From NCBI GenBank assembly GCA_964457085.1, contig CAYWDM010000003.1, positions 128,514 to 192,513 of the forward strand: DNA of 64,000 bases, given 5' to 3'. Shown one piece after another: positions 50,256 through 59,313 of this stretch. The translations under genes and the position numbers were made by a program. Positions within the stretch are counted from its first letter, which is position 1; each line of letters opens with the position of its first letter. The notes beneath the pieces were generated by a model that did no database searches, was not told the origin of the DNA, and saw nothing but the letters and a program-made list of their open reading frames with translations. The DNA comes from an uncultured Pseudomonadales bacterium. GTDB lineage: Bacteria; Patescibacteriota; Microgenomatia; UBA1400; PJMF01.

Positions 50256-50738
50256 ATGAGTTCTATGTCTGATAATTCAGGATCAGTAAATGTGTTGACC
50301 AGTCAGCAACCAGTGGTTGATGATGAGTTGGTGCAAACTGAGGTTGATCCCAGACATCTCAAACGTGCCGCCTTGATGCAGGCGTTGTTCGCTGCCACTT
50401 TTGCAGGCCCTGATGAACAAGCAATTGAAGATGAGGAGTTGCAGCAAAAAGTACATACTATTTTTGAACAGTTGCCCACAATTGACGCCAAAATCAAGGA
50501 ACATGCCCCTGAGCGACCGCTCAGCGAGGTTAATCAAGTTGATTTGGCAATTCTCCGCTTGACAGTTTTCGAGGCGGAGCATAAAAAGACACCTATAAAG
50601 GTCTTGATTAACGAAGCAGTCGAGCTTGCCAAGCAATATGGCACAGAAAGCTCGCCTAAATTCGTCAATGGAGTCCTTGGTAAATTATTGGTATTAACTG
50701 AGGAAGAACATGTCGGTTCCAGCGAAACAACAACTTAA
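50256..50738 (+). CDS. nusB: Transcription antitermination factor NusB
   Basis: [14 protein letters not shown]..., [11 protein letters not shown]..., [33 protein letters not shown] is a NusB signature. Confidence 0.8.
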   Translation: MSSMSDNSGSVNVLTSQQPVVDDELVQTEVDPRHLKRAALMQALFAATFAGPDEQAIEDEELQQKVHTIFEQLPTIDAKIKEHAPERPLSEVNQVDLAILRLTVFEAEHKKTPIKVLINEAVELAKQYGTESSPKFVNGVLGKLLVLTEEEHVGSSETTT

Positions 50739-50991
50739 GTCACTCGAGCAACTTCGAAATTTATTGGCCGATATTACCGGCAATGAACTTGATGAAATTC
50801 ACCCCCAATCAAATTTGGAGGATGATCTCGGTATTAATCTAGCAGACGAGTTTCCTCGCCTACTCTCTCAAGTTAACACTGAGTTTGAGATTGAGCTTGA
50901 ACTAGATGCGGTGAAAGATGAAATGGAAGTAGCCGGTGAAACTGTGGCCGAATTAGCCAAATTAATTGACGATGAGAGTGAGCTTGGATAA
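50710..50991 (+). CDS. Small acidic ACP-like protein lacking the phosphopantetheine-attachment Ser (start uncertain)
   Basis: [13 protein letters not shown] aligns to the ACP motif DLGADSLDTVEL with Ser replaced by Leu. Located immediately upstream of rnc, as acpP is in Firmicutes. Confidence 0.4.
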   Translation: MSVPAKQQLKSLEQLRNLLADITGNELDEIHPQSNLEDDLGINLADEFPRLLSQVNTEFEIELELDAVKDEMEVAGETVAELAKLIDDESELG

Positions 50992-51017
50992 GCATACGAC
51001 ACTTGCGTAAGATATTT

Positions 51018-51695
51018 ATGGCGTTACCAACTTTTAAAAATTCTCAACTGCTTATAACTGCCTTATCTCATCGCAGTTCTCTAAACGAAAAAACTGCTTC
51101 TGGAACTACCGCTTTGGAATCAAATGAGCGATTGGAGTTTTTAGGTGATGCAGTACTTGAATTGGCTGTTACCGAGTATCTGTTCGCCATGTTTCCCGCG
51201 GAGCCTGAAGGTAAATTAACTGCCTATCGCAGTGCTTTGGTGAAAACCACCACACTTGCCGAGTTATCAAAAGAATTAAAGCTAGGTGATCAGATGTATA
51301 TGAGCAAGGGTGAGGAAGCTACTGGCGGTCGTAAAAATGAGAGTTTATTGGCCGACACTTTTGAAGCAGTGCTCGGAGCTTTGTATCTAGATCAAGGATA
51401 TGCTGTGGCAGTTGAGTTTCTGACTGCTAATTTATATCCCAAATTTGCCGATATTTTAGAGAACAAGCTATATAAAGATCACAAAAGTCTACTGCAGGAA
51501 GTAGTTCAGGCCAAAGGCTTACCTACTCCAGCATATGAGGTGGTAAAAGAGGTTGGTCCAGATCATGATAAGGAGTTTACAGTAGTAGTTAAAGTAGCCG
51601 AGATCGTCAAGGGTACTGGTGCGGGTAAGAATAAACAACAAGCCCAACAACAAGCAGCACTGGCAGCTTTGAAGGAATTTGGCGAATTATCTTGA
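51018..51695 (+). CDS. rnc: Ribonuclease III
   Basis: RNase III signature ERLEFLGDAVLELAVTEYLF, and a C-terminal dsRBD. Confidence 0.95.
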   Translation: MALPTFKNSQLLITALSHRSSLNEKTASGTTALESNERLEFLGDAVLELAVTEYLFAMFPAEPEGKLTAYRSALVKTTTLAELSKELKLGDQMYMSKGEEATGGRKNESLLADTFEAVLGALYLDQGYAVAVEFLTANLYPKFADILENKLYKDHKSLLQEVVQAKGLPTPAYEVVKEVGPDHDKEFTVVVKVAEIVKGTGAGKNKQQAQQQAALAALKEFGELS

Positions 51696-51727
51696 TAAAT
51701 CATTAGAAGCAAGATACAATCCCCCCT

Positions 51728-52123
51728 ATGTTGAAAATCAAATTAGCTCGTTTTGGTAAAAAGAAACAACCCGCCTATCGAATAGTGGTTAATGAGGCCA
51801 AATCCAAGCGCGACGGTCAATACGTTGCTATGGTTGGTCGTTATGCCCCTACCGAGAGTCCCAAGATTCTCGAGGTCGATATGCCAGCTTATGAAGCATG
51901 GTTGAAAAAAGGTGCTCAGCCCACCGAGACAGTGGCTAGTTTAGTCACTCGCTTAAAATCAGGAAATCCATTCCCACCAAAGAAATCAAAGCCAAACAAA
52001 AAGGCTATGATTCGTGCAGCTGCCGAGGCTGAAGCAAAAGCTGCTGAAGTAGTTGCTCCAGCAGAGCCAGTAGTCGCCGAGGTTGCAGCTGTGGAATCAG
52101 CTGAAACTGAAGTAACTGCTTAA
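51728..52123 (+). CDS. rpsP: 30S ribosomal protein S16, with an Ala/Glu-rich C-terminal extension
   Basis: MLKIKLARFGKKKQPAYRIVVNEAKSKRDGQYVAMVGRYAP. Confidence 0.9.
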   Translation: MLKIKLARFGKKKQPAYRIVVNEAKSKRDGQYVAMVGRYAPTESPKILEVDMPAYEAWLKKGAQPTETVASLVTRLKSGNPFPPKKSKPNKKAMIRAAAEAEAKAAEVVAPAEPVVAEVAAVESAETEVTA

Positions 52124-52155
52124 TCTTGTATCCAAAAGTACATAGGGATTAAACG

Positions 52156-52467
52156 ATGAAAAACCTTCTCGAGTTTTTACTGAATCATTTAGTAGATCAT
52201 CCAGAATCAGTGGTAGTCGAAGAGATTACCGATGAAGAAGGTAAACTGTATCGTTTTAAAGTTCATCCAGAAGATATTGGTCGAGTGATTGGTAAACAGG
52301 GCAAGATCATCAAAGCTCTCCGTAAAATTGCCCAAATTCGCCTAGTACATGATGGTGAATGGGCACATATTGTCTTAGATAGTGACGACAGCGATAACTC
52401 AGTGAGTGAGACAGCTCAAATGCCTGAGGTCGGTGATGGTGCAGTGATTGAAGACAAAGTAGCTTAA
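52156..52467 (+). CDS. KH-domain RNA-binding protein (UPF0109/YlqC-like)
   Basis: GRVIGKQGKIIKALRKIAQI is a KH GXXG motif. It follows rpsP, as in the rpsP-KH-rimM synteny. Confidence 0.85.
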   Translation: MKNLLEFLLNHLVDHPESVVVEEITDEEGKLYRFKVHPEDIGRVIGKQGKIIKALRKIAQIRLVHDGEWAHIVLDSDDSDNSVSETAQMPEVGDGAVIEDKVA

Positions 52468-52576
52468 TTCTTGAGAGAAACTTTTTATATAGCACTTACA
52501 AACAGAACGCGTTTGTATTGTTTTGTGGTGCCTAATTATCTCGGAAAATACTCGTACTAGATTGGCTTAGTAGTAG

Positions 52577-53353
52577 TTACTCACTTGGAATTCTCTCAAT
52601 TGAAAATGGATCAGATAGTCCCCCACCCTCAACATCATTTTGAGGCTCTGGTTCAGCAATGGTAAAACCTTGAATGGTTTGGAATATTTCTTTTTCTCGT
52701 TGTGAGATCTTTGGCAAGTTAGAGCCTAAGGTGGTTTTAATCTGCTGTGTAAAGTAGTGTGTTTGTAGTGTTAGTTGAGCAGTGGTGAGTATGACACCGG
52801 ATTGTTTTGAGGTGTTTTGGCTCAATGCAATTTTTGTGATGGTAGTGATGGGTGAGATTTGTTCAATCAAAACCATGAAGTCTTGGATGTTATTTAATTG
52901 ACCAATGACTGTGATAGTAATCTCGATGCTGTCGAAGTTAACTGATTGTTGTCTTGCAGTTTGTTTGAGTTGAGCACTCGAGGTGGCAATCTCTCCAGGA
53001 TTAATCTGTAGCTCTGCAACCGCGACTTCTGAGATGGCGGCCACTGAATTAATTCCTGTCATTAGTTCTAGTAATGGCTTTTTTGAAGGTAAGATGGCAT
53101 CAATCTTGTCTGATTGAGCAAATTCTGGCGATAATTTAATTTGCTCTAGTTCCTTATATTTTCCAGTAATTTTATCCAATTCTTGTTGTTCTTTAGCGAG
53201 TTTTGCATTTGCTGTCTTGATGGTATTTATCTGTGGAATAATTGCTAAAATTAAAATTAATAAGCTGCCAAAAAATATTGCTATAGCCATCAGAAGTTGC
53301 TTACGAGTGAAGACAAATAATCGCCAGTAAAGTTCGTTATTTTTATTTGGCAT
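52577..53353 (-). CDS. PilO-like bitopic pilus assembly protein
   Basis: N-terminal TM, a coiled-coil and a periplasmic domain. Last gene of the pilM-pilN-pilO-like operon. Confidence 0.45.
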   Translation of the reverse strand: MPNKNNELYWRLFVFTRKQLLMAIAIFFGSLLILILAIIPQINTIKTANAKLAKEQQELDKITGKYKELEQIKLSPEFAQSDKIDAILPSKKPLLELMTGINSVAAISEVAVAELQINPGEIATSSAQLKQTARQQSVNFDSIEITITVIGQLNNIQDFMVLIEQISPITTITKIALSQNTSKQSGVILTTAQLTLQTHYFTQQIKTTLGSNLPKISQREKEIFQTIQGFTIAEPEPQNDVEGGGLSDPFSIERIPSE

Positions 53354-53933
53354 TAGTCCCAGTCTTGCTGTCAGATGCGCTGTTTCCAGTTTGCTTTTTT
53401 AATTCAACTGTTAGCTTCATTGCATAGTTGCCAACTTCTGTCCGCCGAATATTGCTTCTATTTAGTGATGAAAAATTTGTTTTCACTTCATCAGAGTCAA
53501 GTTTTTCGACTAGTTTTTCAAGTTGAAAAATACTAGTGCTATCTACTGTGAGCGACAGAATTTGAGCATCACCATCATAGTTAACGCCACCAATAAAGCC
53601 AGAATCAGTGAATAAATTGCTTAGATAGTTAATTGCTTGCTGCTTGTTGTTGCGTTTCTCAAAAATCTCAGCAATGGTTTTTAATTTATTGCTAAACAGT
53701 AGGTATTGGGCCTCTACTGTTTGGTTGGTCATGATTGATTGTTTGGTTTCGTTCTGTTTTTTTACCACACCTTTCAGTGTTGAGCTTAGGTAAATGTTAA
53801 AACCAATTAAAGCAAGCAAGGTTATAACAGTGACGCCAAACACAATTAGTGCAATCAAAAATAGTCGACGATCGTAGACTATGTTTTTCTGGTAAATGCC
53901 TCCTCGTTTTCCGAGAAAGTTAATGCTCTGCAC
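53343..53933 (-). CDS. PilN-like fimbrial assembly protein
   Basis: MQSINFLGKRGG... N-terminus followed by a TM. This matches the conserved PilN INLLP-like start. Confidence 0.5.
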   Translation of the reverse strand: MQSINFLGKRGGIYQKNIVYDRRLFLIALIVFGVTVITLLALIGFNIYLSSTLKGVVKKQNETKQSIMTNQTVEAQYLLFSNKLKTIAEIFEKRNNKQQAINYLSNLFTDSGFIGGVNYDGDAQILSLTVDSTSIFQLEKLVEKLDSDEVKTNFSSLNRSNIRRTEVGNYAMKLTVELKKQTGNSASDSKTGTNAK

Positions 53934-53934
53934 G

Positions 53935-54942
53935 CTACAGCTCCCTCATCAGTAACCCCATACAAATGGTAAAAGCCTGACGATTGGTGGTGGGTATTTC
54001 ACCCTTAATATCGTAGAAAGGATCCGCAAGTAAGACTTCAGCATTAAGTTTTTCGGTGAGATATTGTGTCAATCCAGGAAGTTGAGAAGTGCCACCAGAC
54101 AGCACAATTCTTCGCACATCTCCATTTGGATTCTCGCTTTGAAAGTAACGGATGGATTTGCTGATCTCGCCCACCAGACTATCAATTGCTGGAAGCAGTG
54201 CTTGGCGGACTTTACCCTCAAACTGAGTGCCGTCCAAACCATACTGCCGTTTATATTGCTCTGCTTGCTCTGGGTCGAGACCAATTTCTTGCTCGAGTGC
54301 TTTGCTCAGTGCCTTGCCGCCGAGTGGATTTGTAAAGACAAAACCCAATTCTGCTTGGTCAACAACACCCAGATCTGTGGTGCTGGCACCAAGGTTAGCG
54401 ACTAATGTTGGCGGTTCTGTGGTAGCAAGATCAAGTGATCTAATAACTGAGAAAATTTGTGTTTCGAGTAATACAGGTTCAACGCCAATGCCGAGAAACA
54501 TATTGGTAAATCGTTCAACTACGGTTTTTCGAGCACCTACCAACAGCACCTTCATCGGTTTCTGTTTATCGGTTTTTGCAGGACGAAATAGCACTTGGTA
54601 CTGCAGTGCAAGCTCTTCTTTGGGAATTGGAATATATTGCTCAGCTTGCCACTCAATTGCAGATGCTAGTTCTGCGTCAGTCAAAGGTGGAATTGAGATT
54701 ACTTTGCTGGAAATAGCAGACTCTGGCAAGCTCAGACGGATGTTGGTCCGAGGAAGCTTATTATCATTGATGATCGAGAAAATGACTTCACCAAGTTTGG
54801 TAGCTTGTTCATCATCATTTGGCAACGAAAAACCGAGGTCATTTGGAGCCTCGACTACTCGAGAGATGGTTGGTTTTTTGGCACTTACTCCGCTGACGAG
54901 TTTTAAGCTGTATGCACCAATGTCGATAGCTAGGGCAGGCAT
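53935..54942 (-). CDS. pilM: Type IV pilus assembly protein PilM (actin-like ATPase)
   Basis: ALAIDIGAYSLKLV (phosphate-1), VANLGASTTDLGVV, and LSGGTSQLPGL are actin/HSP70-fold motifs typical of PilM. Confidence 0.85.
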   Translation of the reverse strand: MPALAIDIGAYSLKLVSGVSAKKPTISRVVEAPNDLGFSLPNDDEQATKLGEVIFSIINDNKLPRTNIRLSLPESAISSKVISIPPLTDAELASAIEWQAEQYIPIPKEELALQYQVLFRPAKTDKQKPMKVLLVGARKTVVERFTNMFLGIGVEPVLLETQIFSVIRSLDLATTEPPTLVANLGASTTDLGVVDQAELGFVFTNPLGGKALSKALEQEIGLDPEQAEQYKRQYGLDGTQFEGKVRQALLPAIDSLVGEISKSIRYFQSENPNGDVRRIVLSGGTSQLPGLTQYLTEKLNAEVLLADPFYDIKGEIPTTNRQAFTICMGLLMREL

Positions 54943-54962
54943 ATCTATGTTTTTTTTGTTAA

Positions 54963-55769
54963 TTACTTTGTGATCGATGATCCGCTGTATAAGGTGTAGT
55001 CCATGAATGATGGTGGCGTGGATAGCGTGCGTCTAACTTCAATGGCTTTGGCTTGACTCACGCCAGTAACATCTTGTGCTTTGGAAGTAACAGTAAATTG
55101 AGCTCTATTGATGGACGGACCCTCAGCCATAATATCTGTACTGTTGAACAGTGGTTCTATACGAACAAAATAGTCGTTTGCTTGTAAACTCAGCTGATAT
55201 TTAAACTTATAGGGACTGTCTCCAACAACTGTGCTGGCGTAGTTAAAGTTTTTACCGCTGCTACAACCTTCTGATTCAGGTCCTTTCACCGCCTCAAAGC
55301 GACTTGTGATGTTTCCTAGCCCATCTTGGTTGTAAATGGAAATAATTAAAGCAGCTGGATTTTGTGAACAGGGTACAAATGACCAGTTGATATCAATTGG
55401 AGCTGTTGAGTTAACTGACAATTCAGCAGCTGAACTTTGATCAAGGTGTGTTTTTAGGATGTTATCTTGTGAAATTTGTAGATTTACGCTAGCGTTTGGA
55501 TCGGTAATGTCTTGGTTGGCAACGGCAGACAACTCAACTTGGTTTTGCTCAAGACTTTGGATGTCAGCCAGTGCTTTTTCCACACCAGTTTCCGCAGCTC
55601 CAAAAATCTTAGCAGATTCTTCTTGCTGTGCAGTAATTTCAGCTTGTTGTGAGGTTCGAACCATTAATGACAGACCAATAGTCAGTACTACCACAGAAAG
55701 CAAGACTACGATTAAGCCAGCCTGACCAGACTGAGAATGAACTTGAGAACGAAGATAATTGCTAGTCAT
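54963..55769 (-). CDS. PilX-N-like putative minor pilin / pilus assembly protein
   Basis: N-terminus SGQAGLIVVLLSVVVLTIGLSLMVRTSQQAEITAQQEESAKIFGAAETGVEKALADI resembles a PilX_N domain. First gene of the operon with pilMNO. Confidence 0.45.
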   Translation of the reverse strand: MTSNYLRSQVHSQSGQAGLIVVLLSVVVLTIGLSLMVRTSQQAEITAQQEESAKIFGAAETGVEKALADIQSLEQNQVELSAVANQDITDPNASVNLQISQDNILKTHLDQSSAAELSVNSTAPIDINWSFVPCSQNPAALIISIYNQDGLGNITSRFEAVKGPESEGCSSGKNFNYASTVVGDSPYKFKYQLSLQANDYFVRIEPLFNSTDIMAEGPSINRAQFTVTSKAQDVTGVSQAKAIEVRRTLSTPPSFMDYTLYSGSSITK

Positions 55770-55879
55770 GAATCCATGATAAAGGAAAAACTTGGATTAG
55801 TAAATCTGTCTATATTATATGAACACTCACCGGGGTCGTGGGTGAAAAAATTGCCGATCAATTGTAGTGAAGACTTGTA

Positions 55880-57928
55880 TCAATTGTGGAGGATTTTTGT
55901 GTCTTCATCTCCCCAATCAATGAGGGGAACCCAGGTATTTGGTTGTACTGCATCTATTTTGTCAGACATAGTTTTTGCCTGTTGTATCAGTTCAAAATTC
56001 GTCCAAGAAGCAAAGCGCAACTCATCAAGTCCATGTTGAGTAGTGCCAAAAATATCGCCCGCTCCACGTCTTTTTAAATCGAGTTCAGCTAATTTAATAC
56101 CACTATGTTCTTTAGTGAATACAGTTAGGCGAGTTTTTGTTTCAGCTTGTTTGCTTGAACTGAATAATAAACAGTAACTTTTTTGCCCTGCCCGTCCTAC
56201 TCTACCTCGTAATTGATGTAGGCTGGCTAATCCAAAACGCTCAGCTGCTTCAATAATCATGATATCGGCTGCAGGAATATCGACTCCAACCTCAACAATT
56301 GGGGTGGTAACCAGTAGCCGAATTTTATTGGCAAATAAGTCAGCAATGATTTGATCTTTTTCTGTGGGTTTTAGCCTACTATGAAGTAGTGACATCGTAA
56401 TGTCTGGTTTATTGGCAAATTGTTGTTGTAGTGTGGCGAATGTCTCGGTAGCTGCCGCGACATTTTCCAGTGATTGCGTGGCTGACGGATCAATAAAGGG
56501 ACAAACCACTAATGCCTGACCAGGTCTGTCAGGATTTGCGAACAACTCTTTGCTCATCCAATCTAAGGCACCGGTTCGTTTCGACTCAGGCACATACCAA
56601 GTAGTAACTGGCTGTCTGCCCTCTGGCAATTGTTCAATTGTTGATAGTGATAGATGCGAGAAAATCGTGAGCATCAAACTTCTGGGAATGGGTGTAGCAG
56701 TCATAGTGAGAATATGTGCGTTGTGTGCGGCTGCGGTCAATTTGTTGGAAACTGAACTCTCGACAGCATCTGTCACTCCAAGAGATCGCTGTTTGACTCC
56801 AAAACGATGTTGCTCATCGTAGACAATTAGTCCTGGTTTAATGTCAACAAGTTTATTGATGACGCTGTGAGTACCGATAAAGAGTGTTGGTGACAGTGTC
56901 TGTAAATCGAGAGAACTTTTTGCTTTGGTGGTAAGACTGGTGATTAATTTGATTGGGATATGTGGAAATTGAGTACTGAGTCGATCGGCATGTTGTTTAG
57001 CTAGAATTTGGGTGGGTGCGGCGATAACGCTATGTTGTCCAGCCAAAACCATTTGCACACAAGCAAGTGCGGCCACAATGGTTTTCCCTGATCCTACATC
57101 GCCAACAAGCAATCGATTCATTGGTTGGTTGGAAGTTAAATCTGTGACGATTTCGGCGAGTGACTTTTCTTGATCAGCGGTAAGTGTGTAGGGTAAGTTG
57201 GTGGGAATAATCGGCAGAGTTGGCTTAATAGCAATGGCATTCTGTCGCTGTTTCCAATAGTTTTTTAATTGTTTGGATTTATGAATCAATGCTAAAAGTT
57301 CTTCGAGTGCCAGCCGTTCTCTCGCCAGTATTAATGACTCACTGTCATCTGGGAAATGTAATTGTTGAATTGCTTGGATAATATCGGTCAACTCAGTGAT
57401 TTGGGCAGCTGATGGCTCGAGATTTGAGATAACGCTTTTGAGAATTCGTCTCAGACTCCCCTGTTTGATAGCAAGTGTCGAGGAATAAACCGGCACCAGT
57501 CTCCCGGTGTGAATAGTATCGGTTTTGACTGCCTCTACAGTGGCCTGAGTCAAAACTCCACGGTTTGAGATTTTGCCGGAAAAGTAAAAATCTTTTTCTT
57601 CATCGAGGGTGTGCTTGATATAGCGATTATTAAACCAAAAAGCCTTGAGCTGACCAGAATCATCGGTGAGCGTGGCTGAAGTGATCCGCCGACCAGTTTT
57701 GTAAAATTCATTCACTTTGCTAATTTGTGCCTGGATAGTCACAAATTGCTTAGGATCGTTGAGTGCAATGGCCTGCTCAATATTTAGTTTGCTACTTCGG
57801 TCTTCATAACGAAGAGGTAGTGTTAACAATAAATCTTTAACAGTGATAATTCCTTGCTTAGCACACAACTCGACAGTTGCTTTTCCCACCCCATGAATTG
57901 CTCGAAGTGGATCAGTAAGCTGGTACAT
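55880..57928 (-). CDS. recG: ATP-dependent DNA helicase RecG
   Basis: Wedge/OB N-terminal domain. Helicase motif I LVGDVGSGKTIVA. DEQH motif. Motif VI QLRGRVGRAGQKSYC. Confidence 0.9.
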   Translation of the reverse strand: MYQLTDPLRAIHGVGKATVELCAKQGIITVKDLLLTLPLRYEDRSSKLNIEQAIALNDPKQFVTIQAQISKVNEFYKTGRRITSATLTDDSGQLKAFWFNNRYIKHTLDEEKDFYFSGKISNRGVLTQATVEAVKTDTIHTGRLVPVYSSTLAIKQGSLRRILKSVISNLEPSAAQITELTDIIQAIQQLHFPDDSESLILARERLALEELLALIHKSKQLKNYWKQRQNAIAIKPTLPIIPTNLPYTLTADQEKSLAEIVTDLTSNQPMNRLLVGDVGSGKTIVAALACVQMVLAGQHSVIAAPTQILAKQHADRLSTQFPHIPIKLITSLTTKAKSSLDLQTLSPTLFIGTHSVINKLVDIKPGLIVYDEQHRFGVKQRSLGVTDAVESSVSNKLTAAAHNAHILTMTATPIPRSLMLTIFSHLSLSTIEQLPEGRQPVTTWYVPESKRTGALDWMSKELFANPDRPGQALVVCPFIDPSATQSLENVAAATETFATLQQQFANKPDITMSLLHSRLKPTEKDQIIADLFANKIRLLVTTPIVEVGVDIPAADIMIIEAAERFGLASLHQLRGRVGRAGQKSYCLLFSSSKQAETKTRLTVFTKEHSGIKLAELDLKRRGAGDIFGTTQHGLDELRFASWTNFELIQQAKTMSDKIDAVQPNTWVPLIDWGDEDTKILHN

Positions 57929-58036
57929 AGAGCTAGAACAATAATGCTGTGGCTAGACTGCCAACAAGCATTGAGGCTATTGCGATGATAGCGAAAATTC
58001 GCAGCAATAACTGGCGTTGTTTTTTGGTCATATTTC

Positions 58037-59239
58037 CTATTTTTTGATAACAGAAAAATAAGTACGTTTACCCACTTTAATTACTTGGCCATCAGCTATC
58101 TCAATTGGTTCTGGTGAGTTAGTTAGTGCGGTGCCTTGTGGTACTAAGCTTACAGCTTTTTGATCGAGTAGTCGACGGATATCACTATTACTTGTTTGAG
58201 ACATGCCCATTTTTACCAATTCAACAGCTGAGATTGCAGTATCTGGCAATTGATATACAGAAATGTCGGTCGGCAGTGCTTTTTCTTGAACAGTTCGTTG
58301 GAAGTTGGCTGCGGCCACATCAGCAGCTGTTGTGGAGTGTAGCTGACTAGTAATGGTGTGAGCCAATCGTTTTTTGTATTGCATGGGATTTTCACCACTG
58401 GTCATGGCTGTTGCCATTTGTTCAATTTCCTCGAGAGCAACATCAGTAAGCAGGGTAAAGTATTCAACGATCACACTATCGCTAATGCTCATCAGTTTGC
58501 CGTACATATCAGTAGCATTTTCGTTGAGGGCAATAAAGTTGTTGTAACTTTTGCTCATCTTGCGGCCATCAGTGCCATTAATGATTGGTGTAGTGAGTAC
58601 CCATTTTTCGTGGTTATTGTAGACGTGTTGCAGTTCACGACCCATCATCATGTTAAAGGTTTGGTCGGTGCCACCAATTTCCAGATCCACATTCATAGCA
58701 ACCGAGTCGTAACCTTGAAGTAACGGATACATGATTTCATGGCCGAAGATTGGCAAGCCATTTTTAAGACGGTCTTGAAACATATCACGCTCAATTAGTT
58801 GCTGAATCGTGGTTTTGGCCATCAACTTAACGATATCCACAAAGTTGAGTTTGTCGAGCCAGTCGCCGTTGCGGCGAATCTCAATCATTGAAAAATCAAG
58901 CACTTTGCTTGCCTGTTCTTTCCAGGTAACAAAATTAGCATCAATTTCACTGTCAGTTAATGTTGGACGAGTAGAATCACGGCCGGTGGGATCCCCGATT
59001 CGCACAGTACCATTGCCAATGAGCAAGATTACTTTATGACCAAGAGTGGCAAATTGTTGTAGTTTTCGTAGGGCAACCGAGTGCCCTAGATGTAGCAATG
59101 ATCCGGTTGGATCAATGCCTAGATATACGGTTATGGGTCGTTCGCTGAGCAATTGAGCCAGTGAGTCTCTCTTGGGAAGTATCTCTGCAACACTACGGTG
59201 CAAAATTTGGTGAATGGCTTGAGGATCGGTGTTTTGCAT
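58037..59239 (-). CDS. tyrS: Tyrosyl-tRNA synthetase
   Basis: HIGH-type motif (LHLGHSVAL), KMSKS, and a C-terminal S4 domain. Confidence 0.95.
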   Translation of the reverse strand: MQNTDPQAIHQILHRSVAEILPKRDSLAQLLSERPITVYLGIDPTGSLLHLGHSVALRKLQQFATLGHKVILLIGNGTVRIGDPTGRDSTRPTLTDSEIDANFVTWKEQASKVLDFSMIEIRRNGDWLDKLNFVDIVKLMAKTTIQQLIERDMFQDRLKNGLPIFGHEIMYPLLQGYDSVAMNVDLEIGGTDQTFNMMMGRELQHVYNNHEKWVLTTPIINGTDGRKMSKSYNNFIALNENATDMYGKLMSISDSVIVEYFTLLTDVALEEIEQMATAMTSGENPMQYKKRLAHTITSQLHSTTAADVAAANFQRTVQEKALPTDISVYQLPDTAISAVELVKMGMSQTSNSDIRRLLDQKAVSLVPQGTALTNSPEPIEIADGQVIKVGKRTYFSVIKK

Positions 59240-59313
59240 GACACAGCAATTGTATCATCGCTTAATCTGGCAAAACTAATTAAAAAGCGAATAGATGATA
59301 ATAACGTCTCAAA

